NCBI GenBank assembly: GCA_965285935.1
Contig: OZ260661.1
Location: 35,340,001 to 35,404,000, forward strand
Length of the DNA: 64,000 bases
From: Ophelia neglecta
Taxonomy: Eukaryota
Direction of reading: 5' to 3'
In this document: piece after piece, positions 26,464 through 42,400 of the stretch
Layout of the letters: each line of letters begins with the position of its first letter
Numbering within the stretch: the stretch's first letter is position 1
The notes under the pieces: model-generated
The model's database searches: none
Told to the model about the DNA's origin: nothing
Seen by the model: the letters and a program-made list of their open reading frames with translations, nothing else
Program-made: the position numbers and the translations under genes

Positions 26464-29400
26464 GTTTGACTGAAATAAAATAAACAGTAAAGTTAAAATC
26501 ACTTAAATTGATTATATCATAGTAAAGATTTAAAGTCAATGTTAAAGTGAGATTACTCATTTGGAACATATGTTACTAACAGAATGGCGAAAAACAAACA
26601 TTTCCACCGTACTATAATAAAACAATGCAACAAGCGCCAGACCGAAAGAAACCCCGACGAAAAGAAGCTCTGTGACATTTGTGTTAGATTTGTACTTTAT
26701 AACACAGAAATACATTCTTGGTCAGTGCTAGAATCTGATACGAGTACAAACAAAAGCACCAACAGGAGTGTTTAATGTCCACACTCTAATACCATACAAG
26801 GGATCATAGTTACTGAAATAACTATGGATTAGTACATCTCCTAGATTTAGATCCGAGGCATGAATGTTAGCACTTAGTGTAGGAGGCGAAAATTTTGTCC
26901 CCATAGCTGAGCCATTTCAGCTTAGTAGATCTGCGTTGTTTGATATTGTTCTTACTTTTATAATGAGACAGTAACAGCTCGCCAAGAGGGTGTGCCTATA
27001 ACACGCCTACCATGCAAACATAGTAAAGGTCGAGAAGACCTAAGAATAGCCAGGCAAGATTTAACGTGGATAATTTAAACCGAAAGGTATATCGTATGTG
27101 GTGTGACGAAACAACATATGTGTATTTGTAGACCACGAATTTTAATCAAGTATGTAAAGTTGTGCAATAAAATTCAAGAGTGACGGGCTCATGATAAAAG
27201 AATGTGCCAACAAAATGTTTTACAATCATTCCACCTCGTTATTATGTCGTGACTCTTTCTGATCAAGTAACACGTGCATAAATTATATGGTAATACTTAT
27301 AGTATATAGTATGACACTATTTTAAAAACATCCAGGCAGACGACAAAGAAATCTTGCCGGGCATGACGTAACCAAAGCTATGCTTTTGCGGGCTTAAGTA
27401 GTAAATAAATAAAACTATTTTTTTCCGAGTCCGACGTGGTGAAGCAATCCGCCGAATCGCTTAATATAAGGAACGCCTTTTGATTGGTGAATCACAAGGA
27501 CTCATTAATCCAGAAAGACTGCGAACTGCTTTGTTATTTATAATTCAGAAAAATAATAAACCTATTGCTGTCGATTTATTTCAAACTTCAATCTGTTCAT
27601 AAGTCATAACGAGAAAAATGTGGCTTTCATATTAAATTACTAAATGAGATCGGCTGGAGTGTTTTTCTCCGTTCAATGACAGCAGTAAAAATCCAAGATT
27701 AGAAGGTTCCCCCGCCCCTGAATATTTTTTTACTAACCTTAACCTTGTCCGGGAATGCTCCGATGTTGAAGCACGTGTAATTAAATTAGCCATCCTACAC
27801 ACTTCAGTGTAAAACCAACCGGGTTTAATTTCCTTATTAGGTCATTCGGGGGTAAAACATTGGTATACTCCATCCCCGGGGTTATGATACCCCATGGTTC
27901 AAGTCCAGGGGACTTCCCCTCCAGGGGACACAGAGTATTTTCCTCAATGCTATTTGCCAGGGAATGCCGGTTTCCTCCCCCCTTGTTAAAGAATAATCGC
28001 CCTCCCCTTATTTTTTACTTGTCCCCAAATTTATCATTCCGGTCATACCAACACTCATTACTCCCCCCCCCCCCCACAATAGCTTTATGGGTATCCTTCT
28101 AGATTTAACATGGTGAGCATATCAAGAACATGTATGCATGACACAAGGGTTTAGGGCTGCTTACTATGCTGACACAAATACTACATTGTTATATAAATGG
28201 AAAATGAACTACATGAAGGTTCAGATTTAACGGAATAGAAATAATCCTACCACGAGGACCTAAGCCATGCATTTTCCGCTTTTAATCTTTATCCCTTAGG
28301 CCTATATTAACGCGGGCAATCCCATACATTTGCCGCAAATCATTTCCACACAGACAGGGACATTTTAAAATAGTATTCTTGTACGGACAGATGAATATAC
28401 GCAAACAATTGGACAAATAAGATAACATTTAATCCAATTTTAATCTGAAGGGGATGAAAATACCAATTTACCACATTAAAATCGAATGCTCTATTTAGTT
28501 TGACAGGCTTTACAATAATCCATGCTTTGAACACGCTATGCTCTTACTATGCTATATTTTATTCATGAAAAGCAGTCATTTCTGTATACCAATATAACAG
28601 GTTTTTAATGTGTCCCTTCCTTCCGTTCGTACATTATTGTCCTAAACAATATAGATATTGTGCCAAATTTACTATACAGTATGTATGTTCAATTTAACAA
28701 TTCAATATAGCTCAAATGCAAGCCTCATGATTAGGAACTGAAGTGATCGAAGAAATATTTCAATAAAGCAAGGTTAATCCTTAAAAAGCGCAAGACTGTA
28801 ATCGGGATGGTTTTGATTAGATTTGGTGACCGCATTCTGCCCTCAATGTGCAAGCATGTAGCACAGGACCTCAGTGGATTCTGCTTGACCCAAATGCTAG
28901 GATGCACATGTTTAGGATTGTGTCAAATGCAGGCGTTTGTTTGGTTCCGCTCGCGTACTAATTTACGAACCCAATGCCTCACTACAATCGTGTTAATAGT
29001 TCAAAACCAGGGCGTTAGTTTCTAATGCCACAAAAGGCCTTTTGTCCCAGACCATTCATTCAACGCGTTCGATGTGATCTTATTCAAGGCTGATTTAAAC
29101 TGTTTGCCGTACTAAATTCCAATCAAACTTATGTATTATACGTGGGATGGAAGTCATTCCATTTAAGCTTTCAATAGAAATGGCAAATTGTGTAGCAATA
29201 CTTGTCCAAGAACGGCTTAATAGTAAGAATTGAAAGTATGCATTTTAAACACATTTGGACCTATATTTCCTAATATAATAGCGATTTCATGTTTACATTC
29301 ACATAAGTCGTTTAAGACTTACTTAAAACGTCATATGCCTTTTTGTGTCTCCTGTTATGTCATCCATTATTTTCCTGTTCTGCGTCACGTATACTTTTGA

Positions 29401-29959
29401 TCCACGGTCAGTATAATAAACGGAAAAACAACATTCATTGTATCAAATCTCAACACGTTTAAAGCGCAAATATTTTGCAGGGCAAGACTCCAAAACCCCA
29501 TAGATTATATTGGTCTCATTGCTTGGCTTTATTTGCCTTACTCGTAATCCAACCAGGAATTATAAAAAGTTAAATATATTTCAATATAAAAAATAAAAGA
29601 CTACGTAAGATATGTACATGTTTATAAAGGAAATATTCAATAAAATATTAAGAACCCTCTTAGCAATGATCGATTCATGTCAGATCTGAAAATCAGGTTT
29701 AAGTATTTATTATACTAATAGAAACGGGCGAAAATTTCCAACATTGATTTGCCTATAACTAAATAATTGTTTATGGAAAATAATTATTTTGTAGCATGGT
29801 GAAACTGCAGCCTGAAGACAAAGCCGAAGAGACAACGCATCTATTTTATCGGGGCAGGACTAGGCTACTACCAATGTTATTAGTATAACAATATATAATA
29901 GATATATGCTATATATTTGTTATTTTCAAGCAGAAATTCCCCTGCATGAATGGAGTCTT

Positions 29960-30470
29960 CGGACCCTAAATACTTCTTTAAAATTTACCCTGCCTGGAAA
30001 CGTTTTACCAGGCCTATAGTGTACTGCTTGGAAATCTCTGCCCCTGAAACTTTGTTCGACCCTAGATTGGCCCGGCTGGAATATTACCTTGGTTTCAAGT
30101 TAATAATCCTAGTATATAGAGTCTATCCTGTATGAATAGGTCATTGTATCGTTTCCCTAGTGGATGTGTACCCGGAACGTTTACTCATTCTTCAATCCCT
30201 TAGCTGAAGGTTGTACCCGAACTACTTTTACTCATCTGATATATATTTTCAAGGCTGGGGCATGTCAATGTTTTGTTTGCTGATCCTACAACAGTACTCT
30301 GGCTTGGGCATGTCCCCAAACTATTTTGACTTAGCCTACAGTTCCCGTTCGAACAGTATCTCTCCTAACTATGTATAGTCATCCTATAGTTGTGTCTCCC
30401 TACATTCATTTGGCTGAAGTCCCCATGCTCATATGGGTGTCCCCGCACTCTTTTACTTATCATATACTAT
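29960..30470 (+). repeat. Highly degenerate minisatellite-like tract
   Basis: Recurring tgt(a/c)ccc(g/c).aac...tttac motif, e.g. near 30167, 30212, 30312 and 30438. Confidence 0.45.
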
Positions 30471-33400
30471 CTTTAGAACATTAAAATATTGTGCCCACTA
30501 TTCGAGTTATTGCACTTCATTGTATTTGAAACAAACTATAGGACTATTAACGGAACTAGATGCAATGGACTACTATTCCCCCTGGATTTTTTTTTTTCGT
30601 TCACTATAATGTGATTCTTTACCTTTTCGTTTATCCAATGGTACTTTATTTTCATGCGATAGCATCGCACAATTTTTTTACCATTATCATGTGCCATACA
30701 TATATGCCCAAAAAAAATGTTGTGCTATATCGTCATGAGTTGACTCGCTGGTCAATCCTTCTCTTCTTGGTTATCTTTTCTATCTATGCGTACGTCATCA
30801 TTTGGCACTAAGAAATGTGGGCTCGCTTCATCAGATTTGGCTCCGTGTTTCCACACGCACCAGATTCTTATACTGTTTGATTGACCAATTGCCGCTTTGT
30901 AAGAAAAGCCAGGAGTATAAACCGGTTTTCTCTTGCCACGTAAGATTAAATTCGAAACGACATGTATGTAAACTTATAGAGGTAACATAACTTGTCAATG
31001 AACTTCAATGCGGTAAAATCTGGGGCAGGGTTCTTGAAGAAATGTAAGCTTAAGCGGGGAACAACACCATACAGATTATGCACGGTTATAAGCAAGAAGG
31101 CCATCCCGGGTCTACACAGTTTTAGGCCACATTAATTCCAGAGGATTACTTTCGACATTGAATATACCCCCCCCCCCCCCCCCACTCTCAATTACAGTTT
31201 TGCTTCGGTAGCTGTCGGCTTTCATAGAATGAGGTTCAAAAGGTTTAGACTATGGAGAAACTCTTCTTTTTGGCTTATTGTATAATAGCTAATAAACATT
31301 AGCTAGACTGTCGTAAGTTTTGAAGACAAGATGGCGGATGCATACTGCTGGTTTTCAGTGGAATAATAGGAACAAATTCTGCTATAAAAAAATTCTGGGA
31401 TACAGTGCCTTTAAAAAAAAAATTGGCCGTTTCAGTCGAATCAAACATCCGATCGTTGTAGTACCTGGTCAATAAACAGATATTGGAATATTTTCTAACT
31501 ATTGAACAAATAACTGAAATGCAAACAAGTTATAAATGTTTTGAAAAATTTTACCAGTGAAAAAGTTGTCAATCTTAAATGATTGATATACTGGTTCATG
31601 AATTCATTTAAATGGTTTGATATTAAGGTAAGGAATACTCTCAGTGTTATTTATTCCTTATAAAATTAGAGCGAAGGGGTAAATTGTGTGTGTCGTGATA
31701 GGGTTCAAAAACAGCAGCCTCCTGTTCTATTTTGAGTTACCTAAGATTACAATAGATAATTTACTTGCCATTAGAAAATGCAGACAATGGGCGACAAATT
31801 AAGGCAGGTCATACCACAGACAGCTTTGACACGGTACAATGATTTGATTTATTCGTCTGTTTAACATAACACCAAGTCCGTCTTTGAACGCCAGTCGTGA
31901 CGTTTGAATTATTGTGTGCATGATTTGACCACAATCAAAATACTGTTTTATATCGCCCAACATATTGTAATATTTTCTTAGCGGACAATTTCATGATTAG
32001 GCAAATCCCTTCACTTCGTCTTATATATCAAAGATTAGGCCTAACAAGACATATATAAGAACATTTGTACTTTTGGCGAGCTTCATAATTAGGCTAAACA
32101 TAATTATGCATTTATGCCAATTGCTTTAGATGTTAAATGTTTAATTTACTTGGAGTTTTTCCTAGCCGTATACTGTTTATTGAATATAATCAGCACCACT
32201 GGTCTACGTGCTCTGCTAACTTGTTTGCCCTTCCCGTCACATTACACTGCTACGCGTTCTCGGCTAGTAGGCCTACATGCGGTAAATATGAAGGAATAGT
32301 ATTCAACTCTGCTTCAAAGGACAGGGCCGAGCTAGATCTGACTGAAAGGGACAACTCACGAAAAAATACCATGCTTTCAATCATCTGAAGTTAATTAAAG
32401 CATTTGAAGAGGGTCGACGGGGGTTGAGGGTGGCTTTATCTAGCTGTAATATTAACGTTATTTGCGTCTCTCGACAAAGACCATAACAGGAAGTTCACTT
32501 TGCCGACACAAACAATCATGTTTACGTGTTTATGAAGTATTATACGTACATAATTATAAGATTGAAAGTTACGGGTACAGAGTATAGAAAGCGTAGCATA
32601 AATTTGTATTCACCCGAGAAGACAAATATAATTGTGTTAAAGAGGAATCCCCCCTCCCCCCGTCCTACTCTTACGATCCCCACCCATAACGCCTAACTTT
32701 GGTCTTCCGAGTATAGAGGAAGAAAGAATTGCGATTGAGGGCGATGGTCTTGGTCACCTGACCACGCCTATTGCCTCTAACCTTGGACACGTTTGGCGGC
32801 TTTAACAGCAAAGCGTCCCTTCCTATATACTTTATCAATTAATCAAAGTCCCTCGTGTTTACTTCTTTGCGTTCTAATGCACACAACACACGAGGTCGGG
32901 AGGTCGAGCCTATTGCTCAGAAGCTAATTTATCATTACTGTATGAGAAATACGCACGATATAACTATGCGGAATAAAGAAGTGTCGTTTTTACTGTACAC
33001 TACAACATTTCCTTTCACGCCAATATTGTCAACTGGACAAATATCTTCCTTGTGTTGTCAATGGAATATCAAAGAATGAGAATGACACGGCAAGTTACGC
33101 TAAACTCTGCATCCAAGACTTGACCTTGCTAAAGGGTTGGACACAATAAAAACATGCATAATTGGGTTTTATTCTCATGCATTAAAGCGTCCTTTTCTCA
33201 CGGAGAACGTTTGTTTGTCTTCCCCTTGTTCACCCAGCCGTGAGTTTGACCTTCGCACTTCCGTATTTCCTTTTTTCACCACGTTCCTATTTCTATTTGC
33301 AAACATGCCAAGTTTGACAGAAATTGTATCCAAAATACTCCGCGCGAACTGATAACACTGGTCAGGCTAGTTTAAATAATCAGCTATTCTCTGTTTAAGC

Positions 33401-36400
33401 TGGTTAATTTAAAGTGTCCAGTAATAAGTCCAAAGCATACAGACTACCCATTGGCACGTGGGCACCAACCGAATTTGGTCAATGATACCCTTCCTCGGGA
33501 GTTATATTACACTCCGTGACGAAAATGTCCGAGTGTGAATGATTATACCAATCACTATCATTGATGGTATATTTCAAGTATAATTTGTCGATCTTCTAAC
33601 TATAATTTGTCTGGGTAGTTTTCTTCTGAAACGTCTTTATCTGTCACAAATACCGTTGTAGTTACCGATTACCTTAAGACAATAAAGTAGCCCAGCCACG
33701 TGTTCGCTGCATTTGATCATTTTTGTACATAGCCTGCTTCTCTGCTGACTGGTAAATGTTTCGAGGAATAATCTGAACCTAGAGTTATGTCTTAATTATA
33801 TCAATTTACTTGGTATTTCATGGTTTCTATGTTGACTCACACCTTTGTAAAAAAATCAGCTGAGAGCATTAATACATTACAATAGTAATATTAGATAAAC
33901 TAACGCCGTTTAAAACGGCAACTTTTTCAACATATGTTGCACCTGTTCCATTGCTTAAACAGTAAATGATATTTGAAATGAAGCGAAATTTGTCTTCAAG
34001 CAAAACATTTTCTAGATGTTCAGTTATAAACCTGTTGAAACTAGTTACATTGAAAACAATTAAATAAGGAAAACTTGACTCTTAAATAATCAAATACTCC
34101 ACACAATGACGCAAATCCCTAGGGAATGTAGGCACGTACGGGTGTAATTTTTATCGGATTACACACATTGACTGTAAAACATGACAGCGCGCGTCTGCCC
34201 AACGTCATTGAAAGCAAGGTGCTCATTGGTTGGTGTGATTAATTGTGGTTAGAATTATATCGGGAGCCGGTCGTGAGCGTGGTGCATGAAATCGCAGTAT
34301 AGATGTAGTAACCGATTGTTTTGTACCATCTAACCTCTACGTACATAAAGATGTGAGCCATTGTCAATCTTTGTCCACTTTAGACTAGTGTGTCCATTTT
34401 AAGAACATAGATGAATAGGCTTATTGTAATCTGTCATTTAGAAAACCTATATCGGGTGAGTGACCCGCCTGACTGGGGATAACTTTATTTACCCCTATAT
34501 ATTTCACCCGAATAATATTAACATTATTCGGTTAAATTATTCACTAAAATAAATATAAAGTTTGTGGGCCGTTGTTATCCACTACAGCTTGCTGAATTTT
34601 CATCTGATTCATAACGTAGAAAATTTAAAGTCGAGTTCATGCGTCTTTGGCTAGTCAGGTGTCGATATAGGTTTCCACTGATGATCATTAAGTATTTTTG
34701 TTTTTCAATAATACCCTTACTGAGACCGAGCGTTGTAGATTTTATGTTCCTGTTCAAATATGCCTAGTGGCCTACGCGAATTATTCCTACTAGAATTTCT
34801 TAAGTAGGATTTCTAAGTTAAGTATATTTATAAAGACCCGTACAAGTTTATGCATGAGCTTAAATACCTACGGTCAAAGCCGAAACTTGTGCAACATCAA
34901 GCGTGTACATAATACTTTACGCCAGAGTCCTTGATACCATAATGAAGACATAGGCCTATTAACAAAGTTTTAATCAACTAATCAATGCGTTAATTACAAT
35001 AAGAAGAATGAAGCAAGTCATGTCATAAAAATGCGTCTGTTTCGATCCTCGGATCTATTTTCTTTCTTTCTCGGACACCCTATTGTACCTGATAACCTTC
35101 CGACATGAGTTCTGTTAGTAATCATGAAGCAGGTAGCAAAATGTACGATCAAGTTCAAATCGCCTTCCATGTTTACTGTGATTAAACATATGTGGGTTTA
35201 ATGTGATTAACTGCTGTTTGGGCAAGGCGGTCATCGCAAAAAGCAATAGACCATCACTTTAGCCTTGAGATTGACAATACTAATTTCGTCCGCGTTTCTT
35301 CTCAGGCACAATGAACTGAATGTGAACGTGCGTCATGACAGGGAATCGAAAAACAAGTTACAGTATTTGATCCCAAAAGCAACTGGGAAGTTCAAGATTT
35401 AAAATTTGATTTTACGCATAGCGTAGTTTTTAAAATATACACAACGTACATTTGGCACAATTTGTAATATCAAATTTAATACTTGTAACGTTAAAAGCTT
35501 ATATAGTGGTGCAATTTATAAATAGAATGTTTTCATCGTGTTTAATAAAAATAAAGCTTAGCTATATGTAAAGCACGTTGTTTGAATAGGCCTATAGTAT
35601 AGTGAAGTAGAACAGTATTGTCCTTTTAAAAACCTTTTATTTCTCGTATTAAGACAATGAATATTAGAACCCGACTAGTAAGCAGTTAACTTGTGGAACC
35701 TTCTCTACAAGCCAAAGAATGTTTTGGGATTTTACCAAAGCGCTAGAAATATTTTAGCTTAAAACCGCTCAATGAACAAAGTTCTAAATCACTAATACTG
35801 TGTAATGAAATGACTACAAGTGCCCCAAATAAAACGTACACTTGTCAAATACGCCAAACGACAGTTATTGTTATTGTCCTAAACTCCAAGGGCAAGAAAC
35901 AAGATATTAAATAGTTACAAATCTTTCGCTTCACGCAGAAACAAGCAAACTAAAGTACCGGTGTGTTAACCAACCAAACGACAGTTCGCCGGATACGTAC
36001 ATGTTTAAATATGTCCCTTTTACATTCATTTAAATTGATTATTATTAGTTATCGGTTTTGCTTTACGATATTCTTAGAATAACAGCCAAAGTGCCACGAC
36101 TGTCAAATTGCGAATAGTGAGGCTAATTAAAGTAACGTTAGTTAACCCATCGAATTCATATAGAAAGGGACCAGCTGAACGAGCTAGTTGCGAACACGTA
36201 ACAATTGATTCGAATTAAACGAACAACTACCCAGCCCAACATGAATGATTTTGAATAGGACCACTGCTGTAAGACAATAAAATTATTTTTAAAGATTTAT
36301 AGAACTAAGCGGCAGACTAGATTTTGACTTCCCTATACTGATAGAAATTCTGTTCTTACAGTCAGTCGGCAATTTATACTTGCAGAGAGAGGGTAAGAGG

Positions 36401-39400
36401 GGGAGAGTGGGGGGGGGGGGGGTAGACCAAAACATAGCTTTACTTGAAGGTTCAATGCATTCCAGTTTCTTACATGTTCACCTTTAAATCCAGATTTCTG
36501 TTCACAAATGATTGCATTTTCGCATTGAATCTATGGAATACGATAGTCTTCAAATAGTTTGACTAAACAACAATTTGAGTAAAGGCTATAATCTGTACAG
36601 AACCAAGAAATTGATAAGGCGAGAATTATAACCTTGTTAAAGCACATGAAACCAACTTACCTAAGGGAGTAGGCGCTTCGCGGCCGAGCCGGTTCCACCC
36701 GGAGAAAATCACCATAAAAGTATCCTCAATTAATATGAAAACACAGCAGTAATCCAATTGGTGAAGATTTTGATTCATCGATGGTACATCCAAAGTCTTC
36801 TAGGTAGAGTCCGTAATGCAGCCATAATTTCTTTGAGCACAACACTGTTGCTGCATGAAGTATGAGATAACTAAAGGTGGAGTTCACTTATTGCGCAAAT
36901 TGACATGCTCCACTGACCAGCGCTTTAAGCAAAGCCAACTTGTTACTGACCAATAGTGCGCAGCACGTAAATGTTCACAGGGGCAGATGGAAAAATAGCA
37001 CACTGCTACCAAAAATAAGTTGAACAAAATAGATACCTAATCTTTTCCACAAGACATAGTATGAAAGAAAAATTTTTCATTTTAGGTAATATATCATTTC
37101 ATATACTTTGTTATGCTATAGGCTAGATATTAAGCGTTTGCCGTCTAATGCCCCGGCAAAGACTTCTTTTGGTTGGTAAAACAATAATAGCCCCTGCCCC
37201 ACATTCCTCCAGTCGCTTAAGCAGTAGAAGACAGAGTCTTTCCCTGCCGACAATATGAATGGGGACATATTCTCATAAATCGGGGGACGAAATCGGCCTC
37301 AATAGGCCCAGGCTATAATACGCATCTACACCGACACATTGGCACCAGGGGCCCGCGAAAGCGGTATGTTTACTGTCCGTAGATATACAGTCTGTTTGGA
37401 TTATATATGTCATGAGGTGAGAGAAGTTGTGGAGTGAGGGGAGCGGAGAAAAAACAGGGACGCCAACTTTAAAACATGTTTTCAATATTTTACTAATAGT
37501 GGGGCGAGGGTGAGACATTTGGGTACTTAGGGGGTGGTCATTGATTTACGCGGCCGGGGGGGGGGGGGGGGGTTATTTGGTGTGTGGGTGAATTGTTTGG
37601 AGCCAATAACAGCAAACCTTACATGGAAGGGTATTTTTTATAAATTTTATACGATTGCTTAGATAAAATATGTTTCTTAATAACAAGGTGATTTTTGTAT
37701 TTTCATCAGTTGGTACTTTGTTAGGTAGGATTATATGGGTGGGTCTGGCGTTCAGAATCAGAAATAGCACCTGCGCGTCTAAAAAATGATGCGCTATACA
37801 ATCATTTTGTAATATTCATTGAAATGATGTTAGAATTCACTATATGGCTGCCTCATAAAACATATTTCTTATTATTTTTTTTGGAGGAGGGTGCCCTTGA
37901 CGCCCCCCCCCCCCTACAAGTCATACCCAAATGGCTCGTGTATTAAAAAATTTCCTATACTTGGAATCGGTCTTTTTAATTGACTTTGATCCGGGAATTG
38001 AAGTTTTAACTTATCGTGTCTCGGGATTTGACATTTCTCCGTTCTTCGGGAACAAGAATTTAATTCACTTTGACCTGAGAATGTTCTGTTTTATTTCCGT
38101 GAGTCGTTAGTCACTGTTTCAATATATCGGGAGTGGCGTTTAGCTTATTCCATGTGAAAAATCCAGATGTTAAAACCCTTCCTATTTCTAACCGTGAACC
38201 AGGAAGCCGAGACACCCCCCCCCCCCATCGATTCCCCTCTCATAATACCTTCATGTGTTTATATAAATTCCACATCTTAAAATATTCCAGGTTAACATGT
38301 TCAACAAAGTTTGATTACTCTTCAATGTTGCAACAGCAGATCATTTTTTCATTTACATAATTTTCTTCCGGCTACGCTGCGAATTGAAGTAACGTAACTG
38401 GTTACCATAGCCCCACGGAAACCCCTCGCCATATGTTCTAAATATAAATACATTTCTGCTTTTTATCAGGTGCCTTTTCACAAGAAGGCATTCCATGCAA
38501 TCTCTATTTCACAAATCCCTTGATCCAAGCTGAGTTCAAACTTGTTAAAATGATCTCGACTGTGAACTGGGTCAAACAGATATGACAATTAATTAAGTGT
38601 CATCCACGCTGCTAATTTATAACTCGCTTTAACCGTGATTAAACAACAATGCATATATCTTTCCAGTGTGGAACTATTTCCCGAACAATAACCCGTCCAC
38701 TTTTTGCAATTTCCGTTTAATCTCCCGGACCGTTCTCTAACTTTGTAAAGAGCACGAAATTTATAGTGCTATAGGCCATAAAGGCGATAGGTGTGAAAGA
38801 AAGCTTTAAAACGAATACAATTTTAAATTTGTAGCTAAATTGAGATGCCCATGAAGCAGTTTTTCAAATAGTGACCAAGGGCCCCGTTTCAGAAAGATCT
38901 ATTATTAAAGTTTGACTTTGAGACCAATCGTGTTGCTGCTGCTACATGTATATTATAAATGATAATATAGCAGATTTCAGCACCCATTTGCTTTCAATTG
39001 CGCGTTCAATATTTTCACCATGATATACGGAATACATGTGCAACACCCATGGGGCCCCAAAACGGCCCTCCATTTAATTTGTTTCTTTTGCTTATTTTCT
39101 GTCCAGAATTCTTGGACCCGAATAATAAACAGGTTTATTAACAAACAAACCTGACAGTTTGGGCGCGAATGCACGTGTTCTCGAAGCTTGCAGCATTCGC
39201 ACGGTGGGTGCGTACGGAATGCGAGGGTGCCGAGGCGTGTTTAGCCAAGGCCGTCTCCCTGACAGTGGCGCGCATGCTTCAAAAGGCTTCCTGTGAAGTA
39301 GGCCTGACGAGTGCATGGATACCAGTCGGTGTCGGTGGCCTGGAGGGCATCGTAAGTCTTATTTTATAAAGAGCACGTTGTCTGGTGATAGGTGTGACAA

Positions 39401-42400
39401 ATACGCTTTTAAAATGAATTAAATTCGAAAATTGATTGACACTATCTAATAATCTTGGCATTTTTAACAACACTAAATGAGCCGCGTCTTTTTCTGTTGG
39501 TTGTCCCATTTCCTGAACTTCTTGAAAAACGGTCGATTTGAGCCGTCGCTTCAACCAACACAGCGGGAAAAGTTTAAATAAATGAACGCTCTCTCCTGTC
39601 TTAACCCTAAATGAATATTCGTGACAATATTTTTAGAATATAAGTATTTATCAAAGAAACATAAATTACTGGCCATTCATAAAATACTAAACTCGTCCCT
39701 GCACCCCTCTCCCCCGTCCAAACCTCCGCTAGCACAGGTATAAGGACCCCATGAGTTAAGACATTTATAAATCAAGAATTCACCTGATCTGGTTCTCCGT
39801 GGTAACCAATTTAGGTAAGCATTATCACTTAAACCAGGGGGAGCCCTCATTATGTGAATAAGGTGGCCAAGTTGAGAGGACAATACTGTGCCCTAAAGTA
39901 ACGTGCACCCTATAAATCCTGCTTGTTTTGTTACAATTCTCGTGGGTGGGGGGGGGGGGGTAACATAGTAACAGCCAGTGGTTTTCAAAGGACTTTCACT
40001 GGACGTTAAATACACATTGTTTTTTTTACATCAATATAACCAGCAATTGCTTGAAAAGTCTTTTGCAAATGTTGATCAACCTTTTTTTCATGGATAACCT
40101 ATTTTTCCTAATTCGATTTTCGCCTTAACGCTTAAGAAGTGTTTTAACTGAAGCTATTGATGATATAAAGAAAAGTCTGGTTGATCTCCATCAAAGACGG
40201 GAATTTTTGTGCCACAGCTTTTGATGGACGATTTATTATCGTGGAACGTATAGCCAAAAAACTCAAGTTATATGTGGATTAGATCTATTTAAGTCTTTAC
40301 ATATGAAAAAATATTGTTTAAAAATATTATGAAGCTTATTTTATGGGTCGTGATACTCCCCCCCCCCCCCCCCCCCCCCCAACACACACAGGACATTCAA
40401 TAACACCCTCGTTTTCTTGAAATATAATCACAGATCAGCCAGGCGTGTTAGTTGCTAGGACCAGACGTGCAGTACGAGATTGGGTGAATTAACGAACAAG
40501 GACATTTCATGGGATTACCTACTTCATTGAATATCAAATCACGCTCTTGTCACCTTTCTTGTAGACCTAAGGACACTAATTCCTCAGTTCGTTTTAAGCG
40601 TATTTTGCACATGGCCCACATACGTTATTTATGTTGAAGCGGCCAGGGTGCTTGGAGGAGAAGTTGGGGGATGAGGGGAATGGGGGGGGGGGGGGGGGGT
40701 AAGTTCCACATCATTTAGGCGTTGAGGTACGTTGACAGTTCAAAAGACTCGCCCTACTCATAAAAAGAACCAATATCAAATATATGTCTCGATGTTTACA
40801 TGCATTCCTGGATAGATTAAAAGTGCTTCCTGGATGAATGGCAGCTATACTTTCACTTTAAATAAACGGCTATAGTGTGAATTGTAAGCAATGGTCTATT
40901 TAATGGTCTTAACCTTAAGACCGTATATGTGTTGCGGATGGGAGAACGTCAATACTAAGTTTAAAACTTATGGATTGAGATTTATGGGTTATTAGGCCTA
41001 TTATTATCATTATATCGATGTTTGACATAAAATAAGTTATCAGAGTGTCTCCTCTGTACAAACCTGGCGTTTAAATGAAAAATAAATCTAAAAAATAAAT
41101 TCAATAAGAAAAGATTTTCTAAAGCTAAACATCGGCTGAATCCTTGTATCATAATTCGACCATATTTATGCCACATATACATGTTATATGTACATTATCC
41201 TTATGAACTACTCATCGAGAGGTCAGTAGTTCATATAGATAGCTAGCTATACAAGCTCCTCAAACCTTGAAATCGGAGACACGCGTCGGTCATAGTTCAA
41301 TATTTGGCTTTAAAGATGGTGAATTCCGGCACTTAATGCTTTTCAATGAGTTTTGTCCGGCGATTCTCACACGCATGCGCACAGGTTGTAACATCAAACA
41401 TACAAGGAGCTTTTAAAAGAGGTGCATATACCAGCACGTCGTTTGTCAACTGTTTGACGCCACCGCCCAGCAGGCGATATCGCCAACCTACTATACCATC
41501 AGCGGAGCGGAAACAAACCGAGGACACCATACATTTCCGCTACCTGAAAGCTGTTGTCTTTTTATCATTAACACTTTGTCTTTTCGATGTAAAAGCCGTT
41601 TAATCAAGCAATAGATATGTTTCACAGTTATTCCTTTAACATATGACTTGCTGTACATTTTACGTCTCTTAATTTGCATCATACAGTCTTTGACTTTAAA
41701 CATCGCTTCCTAAGTTGGCTATCACACAGACAAATATATCTAAGAATAGCAATTTGGAAGTACATGTAGTTCTATCCAGTTCATAATTTGAAAAGGAAAT
41801 CAATAATATTAATGTATGGTCGATATAAGGTATTACTATGTTGTCAGCCCCAAATACAAAAGGGTGCGCTGCACTTGTCATGTGTTGTAATTAATAAGAA
41901 TCATTTAACTTTAGGCATATTTTAGAAGGCTAAGATGTCACCCATTTTAGATGTGATACTTGGCTATAGGCTTGGTCACGACAATGCTTAGTCATGGTGA
42001 ACAGGCCTAAGACAAAACAAGTCAAAACAGATCTATATGGTTGGTTGCACATCCAAACAAATTAACTCGGAACATGGATATCTAAGTAGTGTATCCAGCA
42101 AACGTCAGGAGGCGAATTACGATTATTTTAGAAAGAAGGGAGAGTTCTTGGTTGCCTTTGAGAGAGAAAGGACGTGTATAGTTTTATGCTAGTGCTTGAA
42201 TAAAACGGATTATAAAACATAGTGAAGTTTGGCTGTTTATAAGATCCCCGTGCTACATCCCCACCTAATGAGAACTCAACCTATATAGTGGTTTCTCTAA
42301 ATACTGTGAAGGAAACCAACTAAAAGTTCACAACACATGCTTGAAGAGGTTGGAGGAAGGGCTGGTGGTAGGTTTGGGGTGCATGCATGAAGGAAGGGGT

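Noticed and set aside
29960-30470. CRISPR-like repeat-spacer array
   Set aside because: Repeats are too degenerate and irregular, the context is eukaryotic and there are no cas genes.
38977-39554. Cluster of short ORFs in a GC-richer patch
   Set aside because: No homology recognised and no consistent exon boundaries; ORF density is explained by local GC content.
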